Source: Eledone cirrhosa (Eukaryota). From it: 64,000 nucleotides of DNA. The position numbers were made by a program, and so were the translations under genes. Positions 1-13,900 of this stretch are shown piece by piece. Below the pieces are notes generated by a model. It did not search any database, was not told the origin of the DNA, and saw nothing but the letters and a program-made list of their open reading frames with translations. Within the stretch, counting starts at the first letter, position 1; each line of letters starts with the position of its first letter. Location of the stretch: positions 69,936,001-70,000,000 of the forward strand of contig OZ024747.1 of assembly GCA_964016885.1 (NCBI GenBank), read 5' to 3'.

Positions 1-600
1 ATTTGCTTCACAGAATTCTAGGATTCTGGAGCCTTCCTCATTTCTAGTACCGAACCCATAGCCTCCATGGATTTCGTCGTAGCCGTCACAATGTTGTCCA
101 ACGTGACCATTTAGGTCGCCTGCAATAATTATATAGTCACTGTCGGTTATTTGGGAGGTAGTGAGCATCGGTGTCTCATAGAATCTGTCTTTTATAGTGC
201 CGGGCAGTCCGGATTGGGGTGCGTACGCGGATATTACTGTCACCGTAGTTCTATTGAGGACAAGTCTTATTTTAATTATTCTGTCGTTCACTCTATTTAC
301 GTCTATTATCTTATCTGCCCACTTTTCTGCTACCATGATTCCTACTCCACCCAGCCCATTGTCATTTCCCACCCAGAAAAGCTTATAGCATCGTTTTTTA
401 CCCACAATGAATCTAGCAGACCCACCCCTCCACCTGGTCTCTTGAATACAATAAACATCGACCTATTTACGTTCAAGCATTTCTACAACCTCGTTAGAGC
501 GACCCTTTAAGGTGCCTACATTCATGGTACCAACTCTGAAGTTTTGGATTGCGTTTGGTGGGTGGGCGCGGGGGAGCACGGGGGGAGAAGGGGTTATGTT
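1..600 (-). mobile_element. RTE-clade LINE fragment, APE endonuclease region, degraded
   Basis: Minus-strand translation gives VGTMNVGTLKGRSNEVVEMLERK*VDVYCIQETRWRG, SAYAPQSG, IIAGDLNGHVG and GGYGFGTRNEEGSRILEFC, which are APE motifs typical of RTE LINEs; one stop and a frameshift. Confidence 0.85.
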
Positions 601-725
601 AGCCATCCGCGGCCGAAACAAAGAGGAGTACTCGCATTCTCGTCCACGAGATATATACATACATGAACAGATAAATACATACAAACGCACATATATAAAT
701 ACATGGATATATATATATATGTATA

Positions 726-832
726 TCAGATAGGGTGTGGTAAAAGACCAGGTGGACCATAACCCACCAGAGTACTTGATACTTAGTCAAAATGGCTGGA
801 GCTCAGCCGCCAGGGTCCTGAATCTTTTCCTA
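726..832. mobile_element. Fragment of the HHR-bearing family best preserved at 27131-28035
   Basis: Shares GGCTGGAGCTCAGCCG-like stem III hairpin and GTTATGGTCCACCTGGT tail; other fragments at about 6705-6752, 14060-14180, 31505-31605 and 57070-57125. Confidence 0.6.
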
Positions 833-1902
833 TATATGTGTATATATAGATATACACACATAAATAGACATAATCATACACACATACACATACATATATA
901 TATATATATATAGGTGCGTGTGTGTGTGTATTTATATATATGTGTGTGTATGTATAAATATATATATACATATTATATGTGTGGTGGGTTGTATGTATGT
1001 AAGTGTGTCTATATGAGAAGTGTGTATAAACTAAACAAAATTACTGAATTTAGTTGTGAGAGTGTGTTATTTCTACATTGATAAATATGTTTTCCTATCA
1101 TCATATGAAAATGTTGTGAGTTTTGACTTGTCGCAACTATTATGGAAAGAAAACAAAGGGAAATGGTAAAAGGAATGGCGGCAGATGATGAAGAAACAGC
1201 ATAGGTAAACCATGTGTATAAATGAGCCGTTTAGTAAGGACATGGTGACATGTAGTAGTGTATGCAAATGGTTTATACTTCAGATAAAATATTCACATCT
1301 GCTACAACATTTGCATCTAGAGGCATGATAATGCCTAAGGCAGTGAGTGAGAGGGAAAGAAAGAGTAAGGTGGAAAGTGGAGGGAGAGGGAGGTGAGGTG
1401 GAAGGTGGAGGGAGAGGGGCTGGGAGGAGATAAGAGAAAATTTCTCACAATCATTCCTACTAAATATAATTCTTCCTCAGAGGTCTCTCTTCTATGCTGA
1501 CAATGTCGCCTTTGGAAAAATTATTATCTCCATGCTATCGTCAATATTTTAATATATTCTAAATTCAATGTTTTCAGTTACAGCAAAAGCTTAGATTTTT
1601 TTTTTTAATCAATGTTGTATAAAATTCTGTCTTAATAATATGTTGATATTTACCTCTTCACAGATTTATTTTTATTTTTTCATTAGGTAACATTTTTAAC
1701 TAGTAATAATATATGTGTAATATGAGAAAAGTTTGTCACTATTAATTAAATAAAAATATAATAATAAACACCTCTTTATATGTAATTATTTTGCTACTCA
1801 TATAGACAGTCAAACAAATGAATAAAAGAATTTGTACGTATATACGTATATATATATGTCTTTGTATTTTTGCATTGTTGTGTTTGTTTTGTTTCCTGCA
1901 TC

Positions 1903-1955
<53 letters not shown>

Positions 1956-2527
1956 CATACACACATATATATACATACACACACACATATATAAATACAT
2001 CTATATCTATATATCTATCTATATAGACACACATATATATATTTATTTATTTATTCAATTTAAACGTCCGTATAGAGGTAGTAAGCCATGACACACTAGG
2101 GGAAGTATCGAGTACTCCTTACAGTTGGTAATCAAGATGAGCTAGTGAGACAAGTAATAAAAAAGGAAAGAAGAAAGAAAAAAGAAAAAAGAAAAAAGAA
2201 AAAAGAAAAAAGAAAAAAGAAAAAAAGAAAAAAGAAAAAAATAGAGAAAAGGGGGAAAAAATAAAATAACAAAAATAAAATTTCAAATATTTAAAGCCAA
2301 TGTTATGCCTAAGAAAACGAAAAAGAAAAGAGAAAGATATACTTGGATACACACACACACGTATATCTATATATATATATGTCGATATATATATATATAT
2401 ATAAATGTAATCCGAGCTTTTCAAATATTAATAATAATATTCGATTCGTTTGCAATTATGCAAACAGCCTCTTTTTTTTAAATTTATTTTTTATATATAC
2501 ATATATAAAAATATATATATATATATA

Positions 2528-2634
2528 TAAACGGAAAAATTGAAATGAAATTTCAATTCCCACTCTTAGTACGGCTGTTACTTAAATATAAGTATGTACA
2601 CGTACATACATATATGTATACAGACGTACAGTAG

Positions 2635-2670
<36 letters not shown>

Positions 2671-2799
2671 CATGCACACATATATATATGTACGTATGGA
2701 AAAATTGAAATGAAATTTCAATTCCCACTCTTAGTACGGCTGTTACTTAAATATAAGTATGTACACGTACATACATATATGTATACAGACGTACAGTAG

Positions 2800-2835
<36 letters not shown>

Positions 2836-4093
2836 CATGCACACATATATATATGTACGTATGGATATATATATATAGAAGCCCAATTTGCATATCGAGT
2901 GGGTTAATCGGCCGGGTGCACCGAAAACGATAAACGGAAAAATTTTCGGTGCACCCAGCCGATTAACCCACTCGATATGCAAATTGGGCTTCTCAGCTGT
3001 TAATATGCATAAGGTAAGTATATACGTTCAACAATCTGGCAGGAAGGTATACGTTGCTGACGATAGCTAATAAGCTTGAAACTAGTACAGCGTTCCTTTG
3101 TCAGTGTTGAACAAACGAGCAACGATGGTTGCTGGACACTACGGCTTAATACGGGATGTTTGTTTACAAACACACCGAGCATTATAATAAATGTTCGGTG
3201 AATCCATACGTACATATATATATGTGTGCATGTATGTATATATATATATATATATATATATACATACTACTGTACGTCTGTATACATATATGTATGTACG
3301 TGTACATACTTATATTTAAGTAACAGCCGTACTAAGAGTGGGAATTGAAATTTCATTTCAATTTTTCCGTTTATCGTTTTCGGTGCACCCGGCCGATTAA
3401 CCCACTCGATATGCAAATTGGGCTTCTCAGCTGTTAATATGCATAAGGCAAGTATATACGTTCAGCAATCTGGCAGGAAGGTATACGTTGCTGACGATAG
3501 CTAATAAGCTTGAAACTAGTACAGCGTTCCTTTGTCAGTGTTGAACAAACGAGCAACGATGGTTGCTGGACACTACGGCTTAATGCGGGATGTTTGTTTA
3601 CAAACACACCGAGCATTATAATAAATGTTCGGTGAATCCATACGTACATATATATATGTGTGCATGTATGTATATATATATATATATATATACATACTAC
3701 TGTACGTCTGTATACATATATGTATGTACGTGTACATACTTATATTTAAGTAACAGCCGTACTAAGCGTGGGAATTGAAATTTCATTTCAATTTTTCCGT
3801 TTATCGTTTTCGGTGCACCCGGCCGATTAACCCACTCGATATGCAAATTGGGCTTCTCAGCTGTTAATATGCATAAGGTAAGTATATACGTTCAACAATC
3901 TGGCAGGAAGGTATACGTTGCTGACGATAGCTAATAAGCTTGAAACTATTACAGCGTTCCTTCGTCAGTGTTGAACAAATGAGCAACGATGGTTGCTGGA
4001 CACTACGGCTTAATACGGGATGTTTGTTTACAAACACACCGAGCATTATAATAAATGTTCGGTGAATCCATACGTACATATATATATGTGTGC

Positions 4094-4138
<45 letters not shown>

Positions 4139-4187
4139 CTACTGTACGTCTGTATACATATATGTATGTACGTGTACATACTTATAT
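2528..4187 (+). mobile_element. Retrozyme-like tandem array, ~430-434-nt unit, 3 HHR copies, with inverted partial copies on the left
   Basis: Direct repeats over 2944-4187 (periods 434 and 430), inverted fragments over 2528-2943, (TA)n on both sides, one HHR per unit. Confidence 0.85.
3051..3093 (+). ncRNA. Minimal type I hammerhead ribozyme (also 3485-3527; 3915-3957 has a stem III mutation)
   Basis: ACGTTG CTGACGA TAGCT-AATA-AGCTT GAAA CTAG TA CAGCGT: stem I ACGTTG/CAGCGT, intact core, palindromic stem III, GUA site (cut after 3087). Confidence 0.88.
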
Positions 4188-4199
4188 ATATATATATAG

Positions 4200-4580
4200 T
4201 TTATGGTAAAATGTTTAAACATAATTGCATAGTATGATATAAACTAATGTACATAATAATTATTCTGAAGTGTTGCTTTTCTTTATATAATAGAATTTTA
4301 ATGCATCACACATGTGTTTAGTAAACATATATGAGTACACGCACTAAACATATATGAGTACACGTACTAAACACATGTGTGATGCATTAAAATTCTATTA
4401 TATAAAGAAAAGCAACACTTCAGAATAATTATTATGTACATTAGTTTATATCATACTATGCAATTATGTTTAAACATTTTACCATAAAGCTACCTAGAAA
4501 TTAATCAATTAGTCTATCTACATATCAACTGATTTTTAACAAACTAGCTCTCTAGGTATCTGTCATCTATCTGGGTATGA
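4200..4580. repeat. Inverted-repeat element (arms ~4200-4323 and 4364-4488) with tail, in (TA)n
   Basis: Near-perfect ~124-bp inverted arms; no complete HHR seen. Confidence 0.75.
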
Positions 4581-4605
4581 TATATATATATATATATATA
4601 TATAT

Positions 4606-5060
4606 GTAAATAAACATGAATAATCACATGAGATAATTTTTACAAGTGTGTAACCACACACAGCTAGGTAGGTAACTAAATAAAGTTGACTTCCTTGTTG
4701 AAAATCCAAGTCTCCACTTCCGTGGTTTACTATCTGATTAATTAGTGAAATATATTTCTTTAATGGAATATATACAGGGAAGATTAATCATATTATAAGG
4801 TATCTATTTTTGAAGTTCTGGTCAACTTTATTTAGTTACCTACCTAGCTGTGCGTGGTTAAACACTTGTAAAAATTATCTCCTGTGATTATTCATGTTTA
4901 TTTATATGTTAATCAATTTCTAGTTATTATAAAATGCTCGGACCTACTCGTTAGAATCTTAGAGCTTATTTTACGGGTGATATGGCGCATGTCTTTCTGG
5001 CATGACACCCATAATTTTGATTTAGATTAAATTCATTTGATTTATCTTAATTTTGGATAT
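4606..5060. repeat. Inverted-repeat element (arms ~4606-4690 and 4821-4906) with tail, in (TA)n
   Basis: ~85-bp inverted arms with a few mismatches. Confidence 0.7.
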
Positions 5061-5081
5061 AGATATATATATATATATGTA

Positions 5082-5145
<64 letters not shown>

Positions 5146-5825
5146 TAATAAATATAAATTTAGCGATAATATATATAAATATATAATATATATAAATATA
5201 TAAATATAAATTTAGCGAGAATTGCATTTCGGCGGGTAGAAATTGGCGAAACGTTACTTCTGTATTGTGCAGACAAGCGCTCCATGGATATAAAGAAGAT
5301 ACCAGAGCTATAAACATAAGTTAAATGGTCATACAAACTGAGACGATGATTAAGAAGCCATTAACCACCTCAGCCAAAAAAGCGAACAAGCTAAACGGGT
5401 CAAACAAAATAAGATATGATTGAAATAGTTACCCGGACCCTCGGGGAAGATGGAATACTCCGATATTGGGTTTCTGCAATACCTAAATCAATAAGCTTAT
5501 AAAAAATAAACTTTTGGTATAATGATCGAACAAGGCATCGCTTTCTCAACAGGCATTTTGCTTTTCGTGCACCAGAATCTCACAGGTTATGAAAGCACAT
5601 GTGAGGTTCTAAGGGGAGGAAACCCCTATTTTGGCCAGTGAATTCAGCATGTGTAGTTATTGCAAAAATTTGCAAAAACAGCACAAAACAAATTTAGCTC
5701 TCGACCGAGTTGTTTTTAAAATAAACTTAAGTGATTAATCAGTCAATAGAGTTAACTAAAAAGCCAAAGAAAATTAACTGGTTAATCGCTTGACTTGGGA
5801 GATTAATACAAATATAAATATATAA

Positions 5826-5890
<65 letters not shown>

Positions 5891-5920
5891 CATATATATA
5901 TATGTATGAATGTATGCATA

Positions 5921-6381
5921 TCATCATCATCATCGTTTAACATCTATCTTCCACGCAGGGTTTGACAGGAGTTGTCCCACTTGCGGCAAGATTAGTCGGG
6001 TGACCGTGTCTTGCTCATATACGACTATCTGGCAGCTTTTCTACGGCTGCATACCCTTCCTAACAACATTTACAGTGTGGACTGGATGTTGTGGTACCAA
6101 CATAACTTTACATAGAAAGGGTGGTGTTGGTTGGAGTGGGAGGATGGAGTAGGGGTAGTGGGTTGGGTGTATATTTGGTTAAGAGGTGCCTATTGACTGT
6201 AGATTTCGCTTTGTACATAGGCAAGGCAGGTCTTCTGTATTACTGCGTGGCACCAAAGATCTTGGTCCAGTAACATTGCCTTAGAGAGGTGCAAGTGTGT
6301 AAGGTCGGAATTTATCAAATCATCCCATGTTTTTCTGGGTCTAACTACTCCGTAACTTCCATCAATTTTGATTGCCCTGCA

Positions 6382-6385
<4 letters not shown>
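5921..6385 (-). mobile_element. RTE LINE 3' end with 3' UTR and (ATG)n tail
   Basis: Translates as [32 protein letters not shown]; followed by GGAAGGGTATGCAGCCGTAGAAA motif and ATG repeats. Confidence 0.75.
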
Positions 6386-6463
<78 letters not shown>

Positions 6464-6754
6464 TAGATATGTATGTATATATATATATATATATGTGTAT
6501 ATAGATATGTATGCATATATATATGTATATATATGTATATAGATATATATGTGTATAGATATGTATGTATATATATATATTTATATATATGTATATATAT
6601 ATATATATGTGTATATATCTATATATATATATGCATGTGTGTGTATATCTGTATATATATATATATATATATATATGGGGGGGGAGTGTGTATGTATATG
6701 TATTAAAAAGAGTCAGGGCCTGACAGCTGAGCTCTTGCTGTTTCAACAGCTAAT

Positions 6755-7370
6755 ATCATCGTCATCAACATTTAACGTCCTTTTTTACCATGCTAATATG
6801 GGATAGACGAGTCTTGCTGTCATGAGACAAGCTATATCGGATGACCATGATCATACAGAACTGTTTCTTGCTTGGTTTCTATAAATGGAAACACCCCTTA
6901 ACTGTGGTCTAGGTGCTTTTTGTTGTGACACTGAAACGACCATTTTACAGTGTGGACTGACTGCTTTTTGTTGTGACACCAAACCACTACTTTACAATGT
7001 GTACTGAGCATAATTTTTTTGTTGTGGTGCCAGAATGACCATTTTACAGTGTGGACTGGGCATAGTGGGGGAGGTATGGGGGAATCAGAGAGGTAGATCT
7101 AGGGTGGGGCACTTATTTGGTGACGAGTGGGGAAGATAGTACATATAAGCCGTATGTTTCCACCTGTGCACATGGGTCTTCTGTATTACTGCATAACCGA
7201 GAGCTTGATTTTGTGCCATCGCCTTCAAGAGGTGCAAAGTCAGCTTTTATCATGTCACCTTGCATCTTTCTAGACCATTCTACTCCTTATCTTACATCAA
7301 CTTTGAGTGCCTTGAGTGCCCTGCACTTTTCTATATGGTTGTCATCCTTCATATACACCACAATTAAAAT
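6755..7370 (-). mobile_element. RTE LINE 3' end, degraded, with internal tandem TTACAGTGTGGACTG repeats
   Basis: Homologous to 5921-6385 and 31838-32460. Confidence 0.65.
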
Positions 7371-7405
7371 AAGAGGGAGTAGTTCTTAAATCATTTAATC
7401 TTTAA

Positions 7406-7458
<53 letters not shown>

Positions 7459-9185
7459 AACATGGAAAGTGGACATTAAACAATGATGATGATGATATAT
7501 AGATATATATAAGTATTATACATATATATATGTTAAGGCTAAGTGATGTGTCTTTACTCATGAGTCTTACTTGTGTACACACAGGTAAAATACCAAAGTA
7601 AAAAGACATCACGGAGAATATTTAATCTCTACTTCACTCTACACATTCTTGTGTCTGTCAACATTACATGGATGTATGTCTTGCACATACACACACACAT
7701 ATATTTATACATATATGTATAATATGTAAATATCACTAAGTTATTGAAGTTATCTTGATAGCAAATCTATTTTTATTTCTTGTGAAACTTCTGAGCATTA
7801 GAAGGAGTTTATTTCATAAGGAACTTTAATGTTGACTACTCCTGTACATCTGATAGAGACAAAGTCTACTTTCTCTGTCTGACTACCCTGAATTCATTCC
7901 GATCTCGAACCAACAGCTAATGAAGTGAAAACCTCACAGCGAAAGCTGTATGTAAATCATATTGGTTCTAGATATAAAACATAACAAAACAAGATATAAT
8001 GGAACTTTTCTCTCCAGCTTCTATTCATGTAATAATTACATTTTTGGTAAAATTTTTTATCCAAATGTATACACACTAAAACAAATGGTTCAAGACTGAT
8101 TGGTAACATGTTTCAGATAATGTTATTGAAATATATAATGTTTAAACCACTCATAATTTTTCTTTGCTAAGACATGGTGCAATAAAGTTTCTAGCCAAAA
8201 ATAAATTTCTCCTAAAAAGACTTATTTAGACCCACCATATATAGAGAAACATGTGTCTATGTAACATTTATGCCTTTTTATTGGTATTAGCAAGCAGCAT
8301 AGGGGAAGTCAATTTGCTTCTACCAGGAATTAAATATGGAGTCAGATTTCCAAACGATAACACCAAATTTACACAACCCACTGGTAGTATAGTGTATTAT
8401 TCTCGGAATGATTTCATTTATTCAACTGTAGCTATGAATTTAATAGTTAATCATATTGAGTACAATACTTATTTGAGGCTGGTATTTATTTTAGCAATTT
8501 CTATATATTGAACCACTAAGTCATAAAATAAGCTCAAGATTGGTTTTAACAGATGTAAGCATAGACATAAACATGGATATGGAAACACTCACTCACCACA
8601 CACAAACACACATACTCATGCACACATATATATATCTGTATGTGGTTGATGGCTGAGAGAAAAGATTGCTCAATATCGAAGTAGAGTTTTAAAATCAATT
8701 TATTAAGGCTAAATAGTGAGTCTTGTTATTCTGGAGTTTTACCTGTTTATCACAGGGTCATCAGATAAACAGGTGTGATTTCAGAGTAACAAGACTCACT
8801 ATTTAACCTTAAAAGATTGAATATATATATAATTATATATATAAAGGATAACAAAATATCGTTATAGGTAATCTAGTTAGAGGTTGTGAATACTTCTTAT
8901 TATGGATAGTTTTAGCGTACAGCGTTGTTTGAACTAGTGTTCAGCAATTTTTAGACATCTTTATCAGTGAAACAATTGTTAGACTGTAAATAAATTCTCT
9001 TTTTTGTACTGTTGACCTTGTTATTCTCCACTTTTTCAATTCTATTTATATATATATACACACACACACATATATATAATTAGTAACTGATTATACTAGT
9101 TATACTTAACACTTCCTATGGGCTAAATGCTCTTACCCCTAGTTATTTCTACCAAACTTATAGAGCATATATTATATAAATATAA

Positions 9186-9230
<45 letters not shown>

Positions 9231-9233
9231 GAA

Positions 9234-9650
9234 AATAAAGAAGAAATTAAAAGATGGTTAAAAGAGTTCGATATATTTTATTATGCGCATTTCGAATACA
9301 AAATCATCCTGGGACAAAAATTGTGTTCTCATCAGATAAAATGAGGTAATATGATATGAGGCATAATAGCACTTGTTTACATGAAAGTGCTAAGTCTACA
9401 TATGCTAACAAGTGCTGTAAAGAAGTGCTATTATGCCTCATATCATATTACCTTATTTTATCTGATGAGAACACAATTTTTGTCCCAGGATGATTTTGTA
9501 TTCAAAATGCGCATAATAAAATATATGGAACTGTTTTAACCATCTTTTAATTTCTTCTTTATTATATATACTCCAGTTCTACCAACTGTTGAGTGCTACT
9601 TATCTGATATATACATAGTTTATTGTTCTACAATATTACTCACCTTCTAC
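9234..9650. mobile_element. Inverted pair of HHR-bearing PLE-like termini (arms 9234-9374 and 9423-9563)
   Basis: Minus HHR 9275-9342: ATTTTAT CTGATGA GAACACAA..TTGTATTC GAAA TGCGCA TA ATAAAAT. The plus copy at 9455-9522 has GAAA>AAAA. Confidence 0.82.
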
Positions 9651-9688
<38 letters not shown>

Positions 9689-11574
9689 TAAAGTAATAAA
9701 AATAACAAAACAAATGACACAGTACATTGAAGAAATATATTAGTTTAACACTTGAAATAACAGGAAGAGAGTCTTAATGTTTTGGATACTAGTCCTTCAT
9801 CAGAAGATAGAGTTAGAAATAGAAGATAAATAAGATAAAGAGTGATGAGTGGAAGGAACGGGGAAAATGAGACAAAAATTGGGGAGAAAAAAAACACATA
9901 TATGACAAGCTTTTACATAGTTTCTGTCTTTTAACTTCCATTCAAAATATATTTTTCAAACTAAAGCTACAGTAGAAGATATTTGCCCAAAGTACCATGT
10001 GAGATTTAATGCAGAACCACATATCTGTGAAGTGAACTTCATAATTGCATGATAATATTTCAATAGCTGCTCGTTATAAATCGTGATAAATATATAACTG
10101 GAAACATTTCTATTTAGTATGATGTTGGGTGATAAAAGGACCTCACACTTCTGTTATATGATTAATTTTAAAATTAAACATCTTTAATAATATTCATATG
10201 TGATTTTTAAAGACACGTTATTTGTTTACAATAATTTCATAAAATTTTAAAATGCTATCATTCATGTTATTTTGTTATTCAAAATTGTTATGCTACACTA
10301 CCAGAAAGCATGCCTGATTCTATGATACAATGCTGTTTATTCTAAAATGCTTATAGTTATCTAAAAACATTCCATCATAGTTTTATGTGAAAATATTTAA
10401 GTTATGTTTCCAACACCAGCTTGATATTGATAAAGTTATATTAGTAAATCCCTCCAAATTCTTGATTATTTTTTAAATGATTTGAAACTTATATGCAATA
10501 TCTTTCATTAGAAATATAGCAAAGAAATGGTTAAGAAATATATCAGACCACTAAGTAGGAGTTTGAAGACTTCCTACAGATACAACAACAGTAGCATCTG
10601 AATCAGCAGACTAAAAATAAGACAAGCAAGTATTATGGAGTGGGTGGCCCATGGTAATTGATCCTGCGATGTGCATGCATTTCAGTTATTATAGCTACAC
10701 CATCATCATCATCATCATCCTCAAAATCGTTTAACATCCACGTATTTTATATATTTCAGGCATGTATAAGAAACTAATTTTTTCTATCATGTAAATCAAG
10801 TGAATCATCTGGGAAATTCATGGATTTGTAGACCCTTCCAACAAACTATTCCCTGCTCCTTTTATGTATTTATTATGTGCTCAGACCTGCGTTTATACCA
10901 ACTTCTTTCCTACCATATGGCCAAGGGTAGTTCTCTGATTGTGCTGGGACAATGTATTCTACATTACAATCTAGTAATTGCGTTTTTTTCAATTTGATTC
11001 TATATAATGATTCTAGGTTTGGAACATTTTCTGCAACACTGAAATATTCTACTGTAACAAATAAGTCCCCGTAATATGAAAGATTTCAATAACAACTGTG
11101 ATTGAAATCTTTTGTTATGGCCAAGAAGCACTCGTATGCTAAATTACTTACTGAAGTCATTGCCAAAACACCTTTGTACCTGGCTTGTGCCATCTTTACA
11201 AGTCATTCATCAGCACCAGAGTACTGAGTGCATACATAGGACTCTCTGAAATGTATTACCCATGAATGCAAGTAATGGTCTCAAAAAAGTTATCTTACAG
11301 TTGTCACTCTAAAAATCTGGTGTGTGGTTCTACATAGTTGTACTGTTGCATTATCCATACTAATTGAAACTCATGGGGCCTGCAATGGTCATGGACCCAG
11401 ATTCTAGATTAAACCATTAAAAATGATCTAACTTTGTTAAATCTATTTAACTTATTTTCAAAAACTGAATCATAGGTTTAAAACCTTTTCACCTTTTAGT
11501 TACCAAACTGGCCAAAACTAACTCTGGTTCTATGAAATCAAACCACCCAGTTTAAAACTTCTTGTTGGTGGACT

Positions 11575-11730
11575 TCTTCTTGTTCTTCTTTGCCCACTTA
11601 CGCCTGAGAGGGTAGTGGGGACAGAGTCCTCAAACACTCCTTCCAGTGGCCCTGTCAGAAGCAACCTTCTCTAACTGATCTGGCTGGATCCCCAAGAGAG
11701 ACCAGCCAAGCTCATTAATGTTATCCAAAC
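11575..11730 (-). mobile_element. RTE/Expander-like LINE 3' end
   Basis: Translates as DNINELGWSLLGIQPDQLEKVASDRATGRSV, ending in an (AAG)n-like tail. Confidence 0.5.
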
Positions 11731-12474
11731 TATCTTTAAAGGTTTCCATTTAAATTAAAATCTTTAAACATAATTTCATATAAGAACCTTACACTAAATT
11801 ACTATCTTAGTAATGAAATAATTAGTAATTTTAGTAAATCCTTCAAAATTATTCATTGATTAATTAAAATAGAGTGTATTTCATTAGAAATGCAGCCATG
11901 AAAGGGTTATCTTGCTTATATCTAGTGCATCTTTTTTATACATTTGACAGCTGATGATTATACACATTTTCACGTGTGCAGCACCTGTGTATTAATGTTT
12001 GGTTTATATTTTAGTATTATTAAAGCCTGCACAGACACACATGACTTAGTAGTTTCTAATATAGGCCAACAATTTTGCAGAGTAAGGATAAAGTCGATTA
12101 TACTAATGCCCAGTACTTTACTGGTACTTTATTCTATCAATTCTGGTAGGATGACAGGCTAAGTTAACCTCGAAGGGATTTGAACAAAGTGTGTAAAAGA
12201 CCATAGATACATTCTGTAATCATTAATAGGCCTTAATAATAACACAATACAAGTTAAGAATCAACATGCAGATATAATTACCAAGAATTAAAATTTCAAA
12301 TTTGATATTGAAAATGTTTACTATTATACTAATTTCTGTTGCAACGTTCTGTAATGTACACAAATGACATGCGATAACTACCATCATTTTAGTGTGAGGA
12401 GGAGGCTGAGGAGGTGGTCAAAAGTTAATAAACTAATAGATTTGAGAATAGGAATCATCCAACCTGAACAATAA

Positions 12475-12685
12475 TTTCTAATTTAGGCACAAGGACATCA
12501 ATTTGTTGGGAGGGGAAAGTTGATTAAATCGATTAACAGTGAGGTAGAGGTATTTATTTTATTGAGCCGGGAAGGATGAAAGGCAAAGCTAACCTTAGTG
12601 GGATTTGAACTCAGAATGTAAAGGAATGTATGCTGCAAAGCACATTGACTGGTGCTCTACTGATTGTGCTGATCCACCACCCTAC
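12475..12685 (-). mobile_element. tRNA-derived SINE, family C
   Basis: Conserved block TTTGCCTTTCATCCT..GGGGTCGATAAAATAAAGTACCAG and tail TGCTGGCCTTGTGCCTAAA. Minus copies also at about 12055-12200, 29395-29510, 32680-32860, 49040-49350, 49715-49900 and 61775-61895. Confidence 0.75.
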
Positions 12686-13112
12686 AATCCCCATAATGCT
12701 AACCTGACAACTTGTAACAGTAGTATTCAAAGCAGAAACCTACTGAGTTTGGCTGCTTCTGCTTGGAGGCACACGCAGTCATCTCAGTGAAATTTCCATT
12801 AGTAGCATGTTGAAATCTCCATTGCACAGTATGTGCAGTATGTGCAGTATGTGCAGTATGTGCATGTGGTGTTTCGATGAGATGATATTTCATTTTTTTT
12901 TTGTGTGTGTTAATTTTTGCCTATATTTTGTCAACAATGCATCTTCATGTTTGCTTTTCTCACCTTTTGTTTAATCTGCCTTGAGCTCTGACATTTTAAC
13001 TCCTTCTTCCTCCCCTCCCACATTTTTATTGTCACCTTCACCTTTATATATATATATATATATATATTACTTCAAAATATTAATAAATATAGACATCCAT
13101 GTGATCAAATAT

Positions 13113-13176
13113 ATTTTATTATATATATTTCAGAGGTACTGAGCTGTTTCATCAGTACGTCCTCATCAGATAAAAT
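13113..13176 (-). ncRNA. Type I hammerhead ribozyme
   Basis: ATTTTAT CTGATGA GGACGTACTG..CAGTACCTCT GAAA TATATA TA ATAAAAT; same family as 57238-57302 and 63619-63671. Confidence 0.8.
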
Positions 13177-13544
13177 AAATTGATGTCTGACATACCTCAA
13201 CTGTGCTGATGGTTCAATTCCAGTTTTTGCAATATATATATATATATATATAAGTAGTTTCAAACCATTAATACACCATTTCCAAGTATATTATTCTCGG
13301 AAATGGTGTATTAACTGTTGTGGAACTACTTCTACCAAACTCGTCCCATGGACTGAGTGCTCTACTACTGTGGATATAACCACCACTGTTCTACCACTGG
13401 GTGTGTGTATTTGAGTCCTGGGTTTAATAGAGCGTAACAACAGTTAATAATGTACTCAATACATTAGTAGAGTTTAGACATCATATTTAATATAGAAATG
13501 GCTTTTGCAGGATTAGAACTGTTTCATTCAAAAGAAATCATCAG

Positions 13545-13900
13545 TGAATCTATCTCTCCTACATGCTACATCTAAGTTTCCTTATACTCAATGTTTCTCT
13601 CAGTGCATTTGTGTTTCATCATTCGTACACACTAACATCACACATCCACCAGAGCATGCTCTGCAATCACTGTTCATGTCTCACTTTTATGCAACATCAC
13701 ACTTCTCACACAACCATTAAACAGGCTGTTATTCACTCAGGCAGAGAATCCATTTGTTATTAACAGATGTGGTAGTTCCCTAAACTTTTCTCAGTCTGTT
13801 CTTATTCCAACTGATATGATTTCAGAGAAAACTGCTTCACTGCTAATAGGTCACCTAAATTAACAAAAGCTATCAACTAATGATGTAGAATCTTCCTTGG
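13545..13900 (-). mobile_element. Degraded RTE RT C-terminal fragment
   Basis: Remnant translation KFREL..CVRSVMLHKSET..SMLWWMCDVS..LRETL. Confidence 0.45.

Noticed and set aside
8704-8811. HHR in a short inverted repeat (CTGATGACCCT on minus); similar isolated cores near 47031 and 50311
   Set aside because: No matching GAAA and stems; truncated or chance matches.
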